From an uncultured Caulobacterales bacterium (GTDB taxonomy: Bacteria; Pseudomonadota; Alphaproteobacteria; Caulobacterales; Parvularculaceae): a stretch of DNA of 35,516 bases. The position numbers and the translations under genes were made by a program. The DNA lies in assembly GCA_964432075.1 (NCBI GenBank), contig CAYSMJ010000005.1:1-35516 (forward strand), in the 5' to 3' direction. Under the pieces are notes generated by a model that was not told where the DNA came from, made no database searches, and saw only the letters and a program-made list of their open reading frames with translations. Below, in pieces: positions 1 to 8,217 of this stretch (positions within the stretch are counted from its first letter, which is position 1; each line of letters starts with the position of its first letter).

Positions 1-407
1 AAGGCGGGGTCCAAAACCAGGTCCGCGGTCCCGGCGGTTACGGCTCGCGCGGTCCTTGCCATCGATTTCCCGGATGCCCCTTCCACTTCCACCTCGATGG
101 GCGAAACCTTGCCGAAATTGATGGCCAGGAGTCCGAAATCGGGAATCAAGACCTGCCCGTTCTCATCGAAGTCCGCCCTGGGATCGAACCCGGTATCCCC
201 TTCCATCTTTCCGAACGTAAAGGAAAGAATACCGAAATCGCTGATCAGAACGTTATCGTCGTTTTTGGCGTCCCCCTCCAGGAGCAATCCAACGTCGATA
301 ACCATATCGGTATTCGGCTCCAACAGAACATCCCTTAACACGTTGGTAAGGGTATGTTCGTTTTTAACGGTTATGTCGAACCGGGAAAGCGAGTCGGAGG
401 GGCCCAC
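1..407 (-). CDS. Partial ORF running off the left edge, with two dockerin-like Ca-binding repeats; start uncertain and possibly a truncated fragment
   Basis: Manual minus-strand translation (not in the ORF track because there is no stop in the window) gives ...SRFDITVKNEHTLTNVLRDVLLEPNTDMVIDVGLLLEGDAKNDDNVLISDFGILSFTFGKMEGDTGFDPRADFDENGQVLIPDFGLLAINFGKVSPIEVE.... The two repeats (about 108-275) fit the dockerin-type pattern D-x-N/D-x-D/N-x-x-(I/V)-x-x-x-D-F-x-x-L-x-x-x-F-G. The frame stays open up to 584; possible starts are GTG at 407 and ATG at 581. Confidence 0.4.
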   Translation of the reverse strand, partial: MGPSDSLSRFDITVKNEHTLTNVLRDVLLEPNTDMVIDVGLLLEGDAKNDDNVLISDFGILSFTFGKMEGDTGFDPRADFDENGQVLIPDFGLLAINFGKVSPIEVEVEGASGKSMARTARAVTAGTADLVLDPA

Positions 408-409
408 GA

Positions 410-1075
410 ATGTCTCGGAGTGCTTTGGCGACGCTTGAAGCTGCGGGCCGCGATCCGGGCGTGCGAAAGATCCTGGCAAATCCGTATGGGCTCGCACCAG
501 ACCCGGATGCGCAGCGGCCGCGACAGCCCGATAGCCGCAAACCGCATTTCGATCAGGATACTGGCAAATGGGTCGCGCCATTTGTCATGGCTGATATCAA
601 TCTTCGGAATATTCATCGGTCGAACATGCTGATGGATTACGCCTACGGTCAGGACTTCAGATATTCAGAAATGGTGACCGCAAAAACTGCCGCCTCTGCC
701 TTCGCCACAGCCGCTGGCCTTGGCGGGTTCTTTGGTTTGCTCAGCTTCCCGCCAAGCCGGGCTTTGCTGCAAAAAATGGTGCTCCCAAAACCCGGTGACG
801 GACCAAATCGGCAGCAGCGAGAAAGCGGGTTTTACAAGCTTCTTTTCCTCGCAAAGGATGAACAGGGGCGGCTTGCGCGCGCGATCGTCAAAGGCGACCG
901 TGATCCAGGCTATGGCTCAACGTCAAAAATGATTGCAGAAGCTGCGATCTGCCTTGCGCTTGATGTGGACAAATCAGAGCCACGTGGCGGGGTGCTGACA
1001 CCGGCACCCGCAATGGCAGAGAAACTGATCGCGCGCCTGACGGCGCACGCCGGGCTTAGCTTTGAAGCCGCGTAA
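410..1075 (+). pseudogene. C-terminal half of a saccharopine dehydrogenase-like / trans-acting enoyl reductase family protein; the N-terminal NAD-binding half is missing
   Basis: The 221-aa ORF carries C-terminal family-like segments (WVAPFVMADINLRNIHRSN, DPGYGSTSKMIAEAAICLAL, GGVLTPAPAMAEKLIARL). An in-frame stop at 365-367 rules out an upstream Rossmann domain. Full-length members are roughly twice this length. Confidence 0.55.
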
Positions 1076-1173
1076 TACCAGTGCGCAGATGATGGTTCCG
1101 ATCCATGCCGCGCTTGGTATGAGCCCCACCGTGGCTGTCGCAAGCTGTTGCGGGCCCGTCATCGCCACTTTAC

Positions 1174-1199
1174 AAAAACAAACAGACATGATTGTTTTT
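1174..1199 (+). promoter_or_regulatory. Operator-like imperfect palindrome, site a (AAAAACAAACAGACATGATTGTTTTT), upstream of the Rieske-1 operon
   Basis: One of six related sites. Arms AAAAACAA / TTGTTTTT are exact reverse complements separated by 10 nt. It ends 79 nt before the ATG at 1278. Confidence 0.6.
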
Positions 1200-1277
1200 C
1201 TTTTCATCGGCCAATGAGGGTGGTAGCCTGACCACAAGGCAAACTTGTTTTGCGCTGCGGCATGGAGGTGTGCGGCC

Positions 1278-2507
1278 ATGGATCAGGGAACAACAGAACG
1301 CATTAAGCAGGGGATGGCGTATGAGAAGGCACGGACTGGCCCGCCGGAGGGTTTCCCGGCCCTGCCGCCAATACCCGCCGCACGGTACACCGACCCCGAT
1401 TTCAATGCGCTAGAACGCGACCGGATGTGGAAGAAAAGCTGGGTCTATGCGGCCCACATGGACGAGTTGCCGGAGGCGGGGTCTTTCCTTCTCTGGACCA
1501 AACTTGGCTCCCCCACCCTTATTATCCGTGACAGGTATGGCGACGTGCGCGCCTTCTACAATACCTGCCGTCACCGGGGCGCCCCACTGGTCAGGGAAAA
1601 CTCAGGCAGACGTAACCTTCTCGTATGTGGCTATCATGGCTGGTCCTACGATCATGAGGGCAATCTCATCAATCTGCGAGACCCGCGCGACTTCCCCGAT
1701 CTTGATAAATCCTGCCTCGGGCTGATCCCGGTTCGATGCGAGCGTTTAGGCAACTGGATTTTCCTGAATTATGAACAGGATGCGGAACCCCTGTTACAGT
1801 CCCTCGGCCCTGTCGCCGAAGAAATGGCTCAGTTTCAACCGGAAGCTATTCGCCTTGCCCACAAAGCTGAATACACAATTGAATGCAACGTCAAGGTACT
1901 GCTCGATGCTTTTCTTGAAACCTATCACCTCAAATCGATTCATCAGGGAACGGTTGATCGGTTCCTTGACCACGAAGGCACCACAATCGAGCTCTGGCCG
2001 GGCGGGCATTCCCGTATGGTAACCCCGAACCGGCGCCCCGATTGGCAGGATCCGGGAACTGTGGGTCTACCGGAGATTGAAACAGTCGGTGAAATCGCCC
2101 GTGACAATAACGTATCTTATAATATCTACCCCAATATTGTTTGTCCGCCTGCACCGACTGGCATGCCATTTATCATATTCTGGCCCGACACGATGTCGAC
2201 CATGAAACTGGAATGCGTCTGGTTTTCTCCTGACTGGGGTGACGGGACGCTGCCTGAAGTTTGGGAAACGAGGCTTTCGAACTTCGTGCGCATTCTTGAG
2301 GAAGACACCCAGTTCGCGCCTCAGATTCAGCAATCGGTGGAATCTGACGGCTTCAAGGGAATGCCACTCAGCTATCAGGAACGCCGTATTTATCATTGGC
2401 ATGAAGAACTTGATCGGCGTATCGGGAATAGCGTGCCGGACAGTGCAAAAGTCAAACCAGTTCTCGCGCCATTTGTTTCAGAAGCAAGGGCCGTTGCGGC
2501 CGAATAA
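1278..2507 (+). CDS. Rieske [2Fe-2S] ring-hydroxylating oxygenase, alpha subunit (paralog 1)
   Basis: Rieske motif CRHRGAPL...CGYHGW and mononuclear-iron motif NVKVLLDAFLETYHLKSIH. GGAGG lies 9 nt upstream of the ATG at 1278; the track start at 1245 is a TTG without an RBS. Confidence 0.9.
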   Translation: MDQGTTERIKQGMAYEKARTGPPEGFPALPPIPAARYTDPDFNALERDRMWKKSWVYAAHMDELPEAGSFLLWTKLGSPTLIIRDRYGDVRAFYNTCRHRGAPLVRENSGRRNLLVCGYHGWSYDHEGNLINLRDPRDFPDLDKSCLGLIPVRCERLGNWIFLNYEQDAEPLLQSLGPVAEEMAQFQPEAIRLAHKAEYTIECNVKVLLDAFLETYHLKSIHQGTVDRFLDHEGTTIELWPGGHSRMVTPNRRPDWQDPGTVGLPEIETVGEIARDNNVSYNIYPNIVCPPAPTGMPFIIFWPDTMSTMKLECVWFSPDWGDGTLPEVWETRLSNFVRILEEDTQFAPQIQQSVESDGFKGMPLSYQERRIYHWHEELDRRIGNSVPDSAKVKPVLAPFVSEARAVAAE

Positions 2508-2546
2508 TCGGTCGATCTGTCAACGTCAACGAAAGGAAGCGCCCGC

Positions 2547-4019
2547 ATGGCCCATGGCATATTGAGCTTTGGCGCCTATGTCCCCTCACGCCGGATTGAG
2601 CGGGCGGCAATCTTTGAGGCCATCGGATGGGCCCAGCCCGCCAATCGCGGAATTGCCACGGGACGTCGGGCGTTTGCAGCCTGGGACGAAGATACGATTA
2701 CCATGGCCGTTGCCGCTGCCAGGCACTGCCTTTCGGCTGACTTCCCGGCGCCTGATCGGCTGACCTTTGCAACAACCACGGCACCGTTTGTTGACCGGCT
2801 TAATGCCGGTGTTATTGCCGCAGCGCTGGACCTGCCGGAAAATATCATGGCATTCGATACAGGCGGCAGCCAACGTGCCGGATTGTCGGCGCTCATCCAG
2901 GCTGCTGATCCATCTGGAAATCACCTTGTCCGGAGTGGTGCCTCGACGACCCTCGTTGTTGCGGCGGAAAAACGACCAACAAGATCTGCCAGCGTGCTGG
3001 AACTTCTTTCCGGAGACGCTGGTGCCGCACTTTTGATCGGTGATGGCGATCCCGTTGCGGAAATTCATGGGGTCCAGTCAATAAGCAATGATCTGGTAGA
3101 CCATTACCGTACAGATGAAACAAAAACTGATTATATCATCGAAGAGCGCTGGTATCGAGAAAAAGGGATTATTCCGTTCACGCGCGCCGCGGTTACGCCG
3201 CTCCTGGAACGTTCAGGCATTTCCCCTGAAGATATTTCTCATCTTATAGCGCCATTTCCAAATCCTGCCTTGAACCGGAGTGTTGCAAAGACCCTTGGTC
3301 TCGGCGACCAGTCTCTTGCAGACCCGCTGTTTGGCGATTGCGGATATTCCGGTTCAGCCCATGCGCTTGTGATGTTGAGCCGCGTGCTGGAACAGGCAAA
3401 GGCGGGCGACTGGATTCTCGTCACCGCTTTCGGACAGGGGTGTGATGCCGTCCTTTTGCGGGCCACCGGGAAAAAACCCGCCTACAGATCGATATCTTTC
3501 CAGGATCAGTTGCTCTGGGGGCGAAACGTCAATAATTATATGCGCTTCCGGTCAGCTGGCGGCAATGTCGACATTGACTGGGGGTTGCGCGCTGAACGCG
3601 ACAACCGCACGGCACAGACCGTCGCCTACAATAAATCCCGCGATATTTACGGTTTTGTCGGTGGGCGCTGCAAAGCTTGTAAAACGCCTCAATTTCCAAA
3701 GGCGAGGCGATGTGTCAACCCGGAGTGCAGTTTACTGGACACGCAGGAGGACTATCGGTTCGCAGATCTTCAGTCCTCGGTAAAAACATTTACCGAGGAC
3801 TGGCTTGCCTTCACCCGGGAACCACCGCTTTTTTACGGCAATGTCAGTTTTCAGGGAGGTGGTAATCTTTTTATGGAACTGACAGACTTTGCCCCCGGAG
3901 AAATCAAGATCGGCACCGAACTCGACATGGTATTCCGTATCAAGGATATAGATGATCGCCGTGGCTTTCACAGATATTTCTGGAAAGGGGTTCCGGGACG
4001 GGGGGGCGGAAATGGCTGA
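2547..4019 (+). CDS. Fusion protein: HMG-CoA synthase-like / thiolase-fold domain plus C-terminal DUF35 (Zn-ribbon and OB-fold)
   Basis: The N-terminus GILSFGAYVPSRRIERAAI...WDEDTITMAVAAA resembles archaeal-type HMG-CoA synthase. The C-terminus carries the zinc ribbon CKACKTPQFPKARRCVNPEC typical of DUF35. Its stop overlaps the start of the downstream thiolase (ATGGCTGA). Confidence 0.8.
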   Translation: MAHGILSFGAYVPSRRIERAAIFEAIGWAQPANRGIATGRRAFAAWDEDTITMAVAAARHCLSADFPAPDRLTFATTTAPFVDRLNAGVIAAALDLPENIMAFDTGGSQRAGLSALIQAADPSGNHLVRSGASTTLVVAAEKRPTRSASVLELLSGDAGAALLIGDGDPVAEIHGVQSISNDLVDHYRTDETKTDYIIEERWYREKGIIPFTRAAVTPLLERSGISPEDISHLIAPFPNPALNRSVAKTLGLGDQSLADPLFGDCGYSGSAHALVMLSRVLEQAKAGDWILVTAFGQGCDAVLLRATGKKPAYRSISFQDQLLWGRNVNNYMRFRSAGGNVDIDWGLRAERDNRTAQTVAYNKSRDIYGFVGGRCKACKTPQFPKARRCVNPECSLLDTQEDYRFADLQSSVKTFTEDWLAFTREPPLFYGNVSFQGGGNLFMELTDFAPGEIKIGTELDMVFRIKDIDDRRGFHRYFWKGVPGRGGGNG

Positions 4020-5165
4020 CGGTATTCGCGACAAGGTCGCAATCATCGGCATGGGCTGCACCCGTTTTGGCGAACGCTGGTCAGACGGACCGGAGGACCT
4101 AGTAACCGAAGCCTTTGAGGAGGCCCTCGCCGATGCCGGTATCGACCGCGACCAGATTGAAGCTGGCTGGTTCGGGACCTTTTACGATGAGCAGAATGTA
4201 GGTAAATCAGCATACCCCCTGTCACAATATCTCCGCCTGCCAAATATCCCTGTCACACGGGTTGAAAATCTGTGTGCGACGGGAACTGAGGCATTGCGGG
4301 GCGCGGTCTATGCGGTTGCGGCCGGGGCTTGTGATATTGCGCTCGCGATGGGGTGCGAGAAACTGAAGGATACCGGTTTTGCGGGGCTGCCGGAGCGCAC
4401 CAAGGGCACATTCGAAGATTTATGGCAGCCGGGCTTCACCCCGCCGGGCGCTTTTGCTCAGCTCGGCGCAGCCTATGCCCACAAACATGGCATTGCCATG
4501 CCTGATCTTAAACGGGCCATGGCGCATGTTTCCCGGAAAAGCCACGAGAATGGCGCGCTTAATGACAAGGCTCACCTGCGCCGCCGCCTGACGCTGGACC
4601 AGATCCTTGAGGCGCCGACGGTTGCCTACCCGCTTGGGACCTTTGACTGCTGCGGGGTTTCAGATGGTGCGGCCTGCGCGATTGTTGCCCGACCCGAAAT
4701 TGCCCGCACTCTCGGGAAGACCAGCCCTGTTTCGATCAAAGCAATACAACTCGCCCCATCCAATGGTGTTGAAAGGCTGCAACCCGGGCCTATAGCGAAG
4801 CCGGAATTTCTGATCCGTGCACCGATTTATCACTTACAGAAGTCCATGATTGTTTTTCCGTCACCGAACTTGTCCTGATGGAAGATCTGGGTCTTTCTGG
4901 TGATGGCCGCGCCCCGGCAGATATTCTCAACGGTCGCTATGATGCTGACGGGGCGCTCCCCTGCCAAACGGATGGAGGTCTTAAATGCTTTGGTCATCCC
5001 ATCGGGGCGTCCGGCTTGCGCATGGCCTATGAAATCTATCTGCAACTTCTGGGGCGGGCCGGTGACCGACAACTCACAAGCCCAAAATTTGGGTTAGCGC
5101 ATAATTTAGGCGGCATTCCCAATCGCAATGTGGCAGCAATATCAATTTTTGGACGGATGGATTAA
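4012..5165 (+). pseudogene. SCP-x / lipid-transfer-type thiolase, interrupted by a frameshift near 4770-4790
   Basis: ORF 3952..4878 (real start MADGIRDKVAIIGMGCTRFG at 4012; active-site NLCATG) and ORF 4878..5165 (GGLKCFGHPIGASGLRM...AHNLGG) are the N- and C-terminal parts of one thiolase. The second frame reads back to 4773 as KAATRAYSEAGISDPCTDLSLTEVHDCFSVTELVLMEDLGL, a canonical thiolase segment. Total length is 1154 nt, which is not a multiple of 3. Confidence 0.8.
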
Positions 5166-5189
5166 ACCCGGGAAAAGATGGAGGCCAGG

Positions 5190-6098
5190 ATGACGAAACC
5201 AACCTTGCGAAGTATCGACAAAGACGGCGCAGCAAATGTTACGCCGATCCGGGATTATTCGGGGATGACGCTTGAGGACCTATGTGCTCATCCCACTGTT
5301 TATCGAGACGGTCTGCTTGACGGAAAAACCGTCATTATCTCCGGTGGCGGTAGCGGGATGGGGCGCGCCATGGCGGTTCTTGCGACACGCCTCGGCGCCA
5401 ATGTGGTCATTTGCGGTCGGCGGGAAGAAAAACTTGCCGAAGTGAAGGCTGGCATCGCTGCCAATCTCACAAAGGAAATCGCCTATAAACCTATGACCAT
5501 CCGTGACCCGGATAGCGTTGAAATTTTTATGGACGAGCTTTTCCGCAAATATGGCTCAATTGATGTTCTGATCAATAGCGCTGGCGGGCAGTTCAGCCAG
5601 GATGCAATCGATTTTTCACGCAAAGGCTGGCTTGCGGTTATTGATACCAACCTCAACGGGTCGTGGTGGATGATGCAGGAGGCCGCAAAACGCTGGCGGG
5701 ACAATGACAAGCCCGGCAATATCATCAATATCGTCGCCCATGTGGACCGGGGGATGCCGCAATCAGCCCACTCCTGCGCAGCGCGGGCCGGCGTAATCTA
5801 CCTATCCAAGACAGTGTCAACCGAGTGGGCGCCACACAATATCCGCGTGAATTGCATCGCCCCGGGCGCCATCGAAACCGAGGGTGTTAATCGTTACTCT
5901 GCTGAGTATCTTGCGTCTTTTCCCCAGGCCAATCCCATGAAGCGGTTTGGCGATGTCTGGGATATTGCCGAAGGGGCAATCTATCTTGCCGCGCCCTCAT
6001 CCAAATTCATTACCGGCGAGGTACTTACCATCGATGGTGGTATGGCCCAGCATGGCTGGGTCTGGCCAAATGGAAAACCGGATTACTTTAAGGAATAA
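5190..6098 (+). CDS. SDR-family oxidoreductase (dienoyl/enoyl-CoA reductase-like subgroup)
   Basis: Cofactor motif ISGGGSGMGRAM and an SDR core. GGAGG lies 5 nt upstream of the ATG at 5190. Confidence 0.85.
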   Translation: MTKPTLRSIDKDGAANVTPIRDYSGMTLEDLCAHPTVYRDGLLDGKTVIISGGGSGMGRAMAVLATRLGANVVICGRREEKLAEVKAGIAANLTKEIAYKPMTIRDPDSVEIFMDELFRKYGSIDVLINSAGGQFSQDAIDFSRKGWLAVIDTNLNGSWWMMQEAAKRWRDNDKPGNIINIVAHVDRGMPQSAHSCAARAGVIYLSKTVSTEWAPHNIRVNCIAPGAIETEGVNRYSAEYLASFPQANPMKRFGDVWDIAEGAIYLAAPSSKFITGEVLTIDGGMAQHGWVWPNGKPDYFKE

Positions 6099-6119
6099 AC
6101 TTACGACACGGAGGATAGT

Positions 6120-6695
6120 ATGGCAGATACACCGATGAAGCGACTTTCCCGCGATGCGATGACGCCTGAACTCGCATTGATCCGCGACACGCTCAATGAC
6201 CTCACCGGCGAACCCGCATTTGTTGAGGTTTTCGCACAAGCCCCGGAACTGATCGATTTTGTCATGCATCGCTTTTACGGTGAGATTTTTTTCAAAGGCC
6301 GCGTCGAGAACAAATACAAGCAACTTGTCAGGCTGTATCTGAGCCAGATACATGGTTGTCGAACCTGCAACAAACAAAATATTCCAGGCAGTCTTGAGGC
6401 AGGTATAAGCCAGATGCAAATTGACAAAATTACGGATTTTGAAAATGGAGCATTTGACCCGGCAGAAAAAGCTGTATTGCGGTATGCGTCACAAATGGTT
6501 CTGACCAACCCGGCCGGTCATATGGACAACAGTCTTTACAATAGTCTGAAAGTCCATTTTGATGATGCTCAAATTTGTGAGCTCGGGACGGTCATGGCTG
6601 TCATTGGCGGGATGGCAAAGCTCTCTTTTGTCCTTGGTCTTGTTGAAAAAGAGGATTATTGCGAGTTTGCACGATCATCGGTCTCAGCTGCATAA
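6120..6695 (+). CDS. Carboxymuconolactone decarboxylase / AhpD-like family protein
   Basis: CxxC motif in IHGCRTCN within an all-helical CMD-like sequence. GGAGG RBS upstream. Confidence 0.7.
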   Translation: MADTPMKRLSRDAMTPELALIRDTLNDLTGEPAFVEVFAQAPELIDFVMHRFYGEIFFKGRVENKYKQLVRLYLSQIHGCRTCNKQNIPGSLEAGISQMQIDKITDFENGAFDPAEKAVLRYASQMVLTNPAGHMDNSLYNSLKVHFDDAQICELGTVMAVIGGMAKLSFVLGLVEKEDYCEFARSSVSAA

Positions 6696-7210
6696 TACTG
6701 TTTCCAGCTTTGCAGCCCTTCCGGAAAATCTGCCGGCGTCGGACTGTCATAGGCACACATTCGATCCCGTTTGGTGAGCCCGTTCAGATAGTCTGCTGTG
6801 TCAAGATAATAAAAGAATGATAACAAACGGTCTGCAAAAACCCAACGTCCTGCTTCATTGAAATATTGGTCTTCATAACGAAGGGAAACGAGCATTGGTC
6901 GACCAAATCGTACAAGTTCAGCGTGGGCCGATAACCGCCCCGTGGCTGACACTTCGGTTTTAACGTCAACGACATGGTCGTGGGTATAATGTGCACCGAC
7001 ACCAAGCGCAGCGAAGCGCCCTTCAAACTGCGCCATAATCGCCTTGCGGCCCTGCGCCGATAACGCGCCGTCCACAGAGCGAAATTGTGCGTTTTCGGCA
7101 AAACAATTCGCAAGACTTGTGAGATCACGATCATCAACCGCGAAATTATACCGCGAAACAAGATTTCTGATATCTTCAGACGCCTCAAGACGGGTGAGCC
7201 TGTCGAGCAT
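6656..7210 (-). CDS. SnoaL-like / NTF2-fold protein
   Basis: N-terminus LEASEDIRNLVSRYNFAVDDRDLTSLANCFAENAQF is typical of SnoaL_4/NTF2-like proteins. It sits 11 nt downstream of the SDR at 7222..7965 on the same strand. Confidence 0.7.
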   Translation of the reverse strand: MLDRLTRLEASEDIRNLVSRYNFAVDDRDLTSLANCFAENAQFRSVDGALSAQGRKAIMAQFEGRFAALGVGAHYTHDHVVDVKTEVSATGRLSAHAELVRFGRPMLVSLRYEDQYFNEAGRWVFADRLLSFFYYLDTADYLNGLTKRDRMCAYDSPTPADFPEGLQSWKQYYAAETDDRANSQ

Positions 7211-7221
7211 TGTTCGATCTT

Positions 7222-7965
7222 TCAGAATTTGACGATGGCGCCGCCATCAACATTGAGACCGACGCCGGAGACAAATCGTGCCTCGTCACTGGCAAGAAAA
7301 ACCGCTGCATCCGCCACATCATCGGGCATACCAAGTCGGCCAAGTGGTGCTTTTCCCTCCCAATACTGCCGAAAATCAGTGTCTTCGAAAAAGGGCGCCG
7401 ACAACGCCGTCACAATGGCACCCGGCTGGAGATAATTTGCGGTGATACCAAATTGGCCAAGATCAACGGCCATGGATCTGGTCATCCCCGCAACAGCATG
7501 TTTGGAGGTACCATAGACAAAAAGCTCAGGCCCCGCCATATCAGACATGATCGATCCGAGATTGATAATTCGGCCATGATTACTTTTCTTAAGTGCCGGT
7601 ATGGCAGCACGTGAAAGCCTGAACATCGAGGTGACATTCAGCCCCATCACACGATCCCACAGCTCATCCGTGGTTTTTTCAAGACTGGAGCCTTGTGCAA
7701 CACCAGCATTATTCACAAGGATATCTATACCACCTAGCTTTTCTGTCGCTACACGAATGATGTCGTCGGGTGCATCCTTACCAGTTATATCACAGCCAAG
7801 CTGATGGGCCCGCGATTCGGAAAAAACCGTACCAAAATCGTGATCCGGCAAATCAACACCAAGAACTTCAGCGCCTTCCTGGAGAAATGCCCCGGCAATT
7901 GCCTCGCCAATGCCGCTGGCGGCACCCGTGATAATGGCTCTGCGGCCCTCGAGTCTTCTGGTCAT
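7222..7965 (-). CDS. SDR-family oxidoreductase (classical, 3-oxoacyl-ACP reductase-like)
   Basis: TGAASGIGEAIA glycine motif, NNAG motif, and YGTSKHAV (YxxxK). Confidence 0.9.
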   Translation of the reverse strand: MTRRLEGRRAIITGAASGIGEAIAGAFLQEGAEVLGVDLPDHDFGTVFSESRAHQLGCDITGKDAPDDIIRVATEKLGGIDILVNNAGVAQGSSLEKTTDELWDRVMGLNVTSMFRLSRAAIPALKKSNHGRIINLGSIMSDMAGPELFVYGTSKHAVAGMTRSMAVDLGQFGITANYLQPGAIVTALSAPFFEDTDFRQYWEGKAPLGRLGMPDDVADAAVFLASDEARFVSGVGLNVDGGAIVKF

Positions 7966-8090
7966 GATCGTCTTTCCCTATGCCGGTGTGTGTATAAGAG
8001 TCTAACCGAACAATCTATTTTCGCCGTCTGCAAACGCTATTTTCGGCGCTTCCGGTGCTTACCTTCCGCATGGATGCTGCGCTCCGTTTC

Positions 8091-8109
8091 TCGAAAACGG
8101 CGTTTTCGA
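8091..8109. promoter_or_regulatory. Perfect 19-bp palindrome TCGAAAACG-G-CGTTTTCGA upstream of the SDR-SnoaL operon
   Basis: Read directly: 9-1-9 perfect inverted repeat, 126-144 nt upstream of the start at 7965. Two direct CTATTTTCG(C/G)C repeats lie nearby at 8015-8025 and 8037-8047. Confidence 0.4.
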
Positions 8110-8139
8110 CAGATGAAACCGATTTTTCGGGTAGGCGCT

Positions 8140-8167
8140 AAAAAAAAGCCAGCCCCAAGGGGCTGGC
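8140..8167 (-). terminator. Intrinsic terminator of the TonB-dependent receptor gene
   Basis: On the minus strand GCCAGCCCC-TT-GGGGCTGGC is followed by T8, about 50 nt downstream of the stop at 8218. Confidence 0.8.
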
Positions 8168-8217
8168 CATAATAGTACGCTACTCACGGGGGGAGATTTT
8201 TTCTGGCATTGCCAGCA

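Noticed and set aside
1245-1277. Upstream alternative starts given by the ORF track (TTG 1245, also 3952, 5178, 11065, 14542, 16858, 17722, 17848 and 26279)
   Set aside because: In each case a downstream ATG or GTG has a proper GGAGG-type RBS. The extension also adds non-homologous residues or would overlap an operator or a neighbouring gene.
8008-8030. AACAATC stretch weakly resembling the right arm of the AAACA...TGTTT operator
   Set aside because: Only 7 nt match and the rest diverges. The region is better explained by the separate TTTTCG repeat array.
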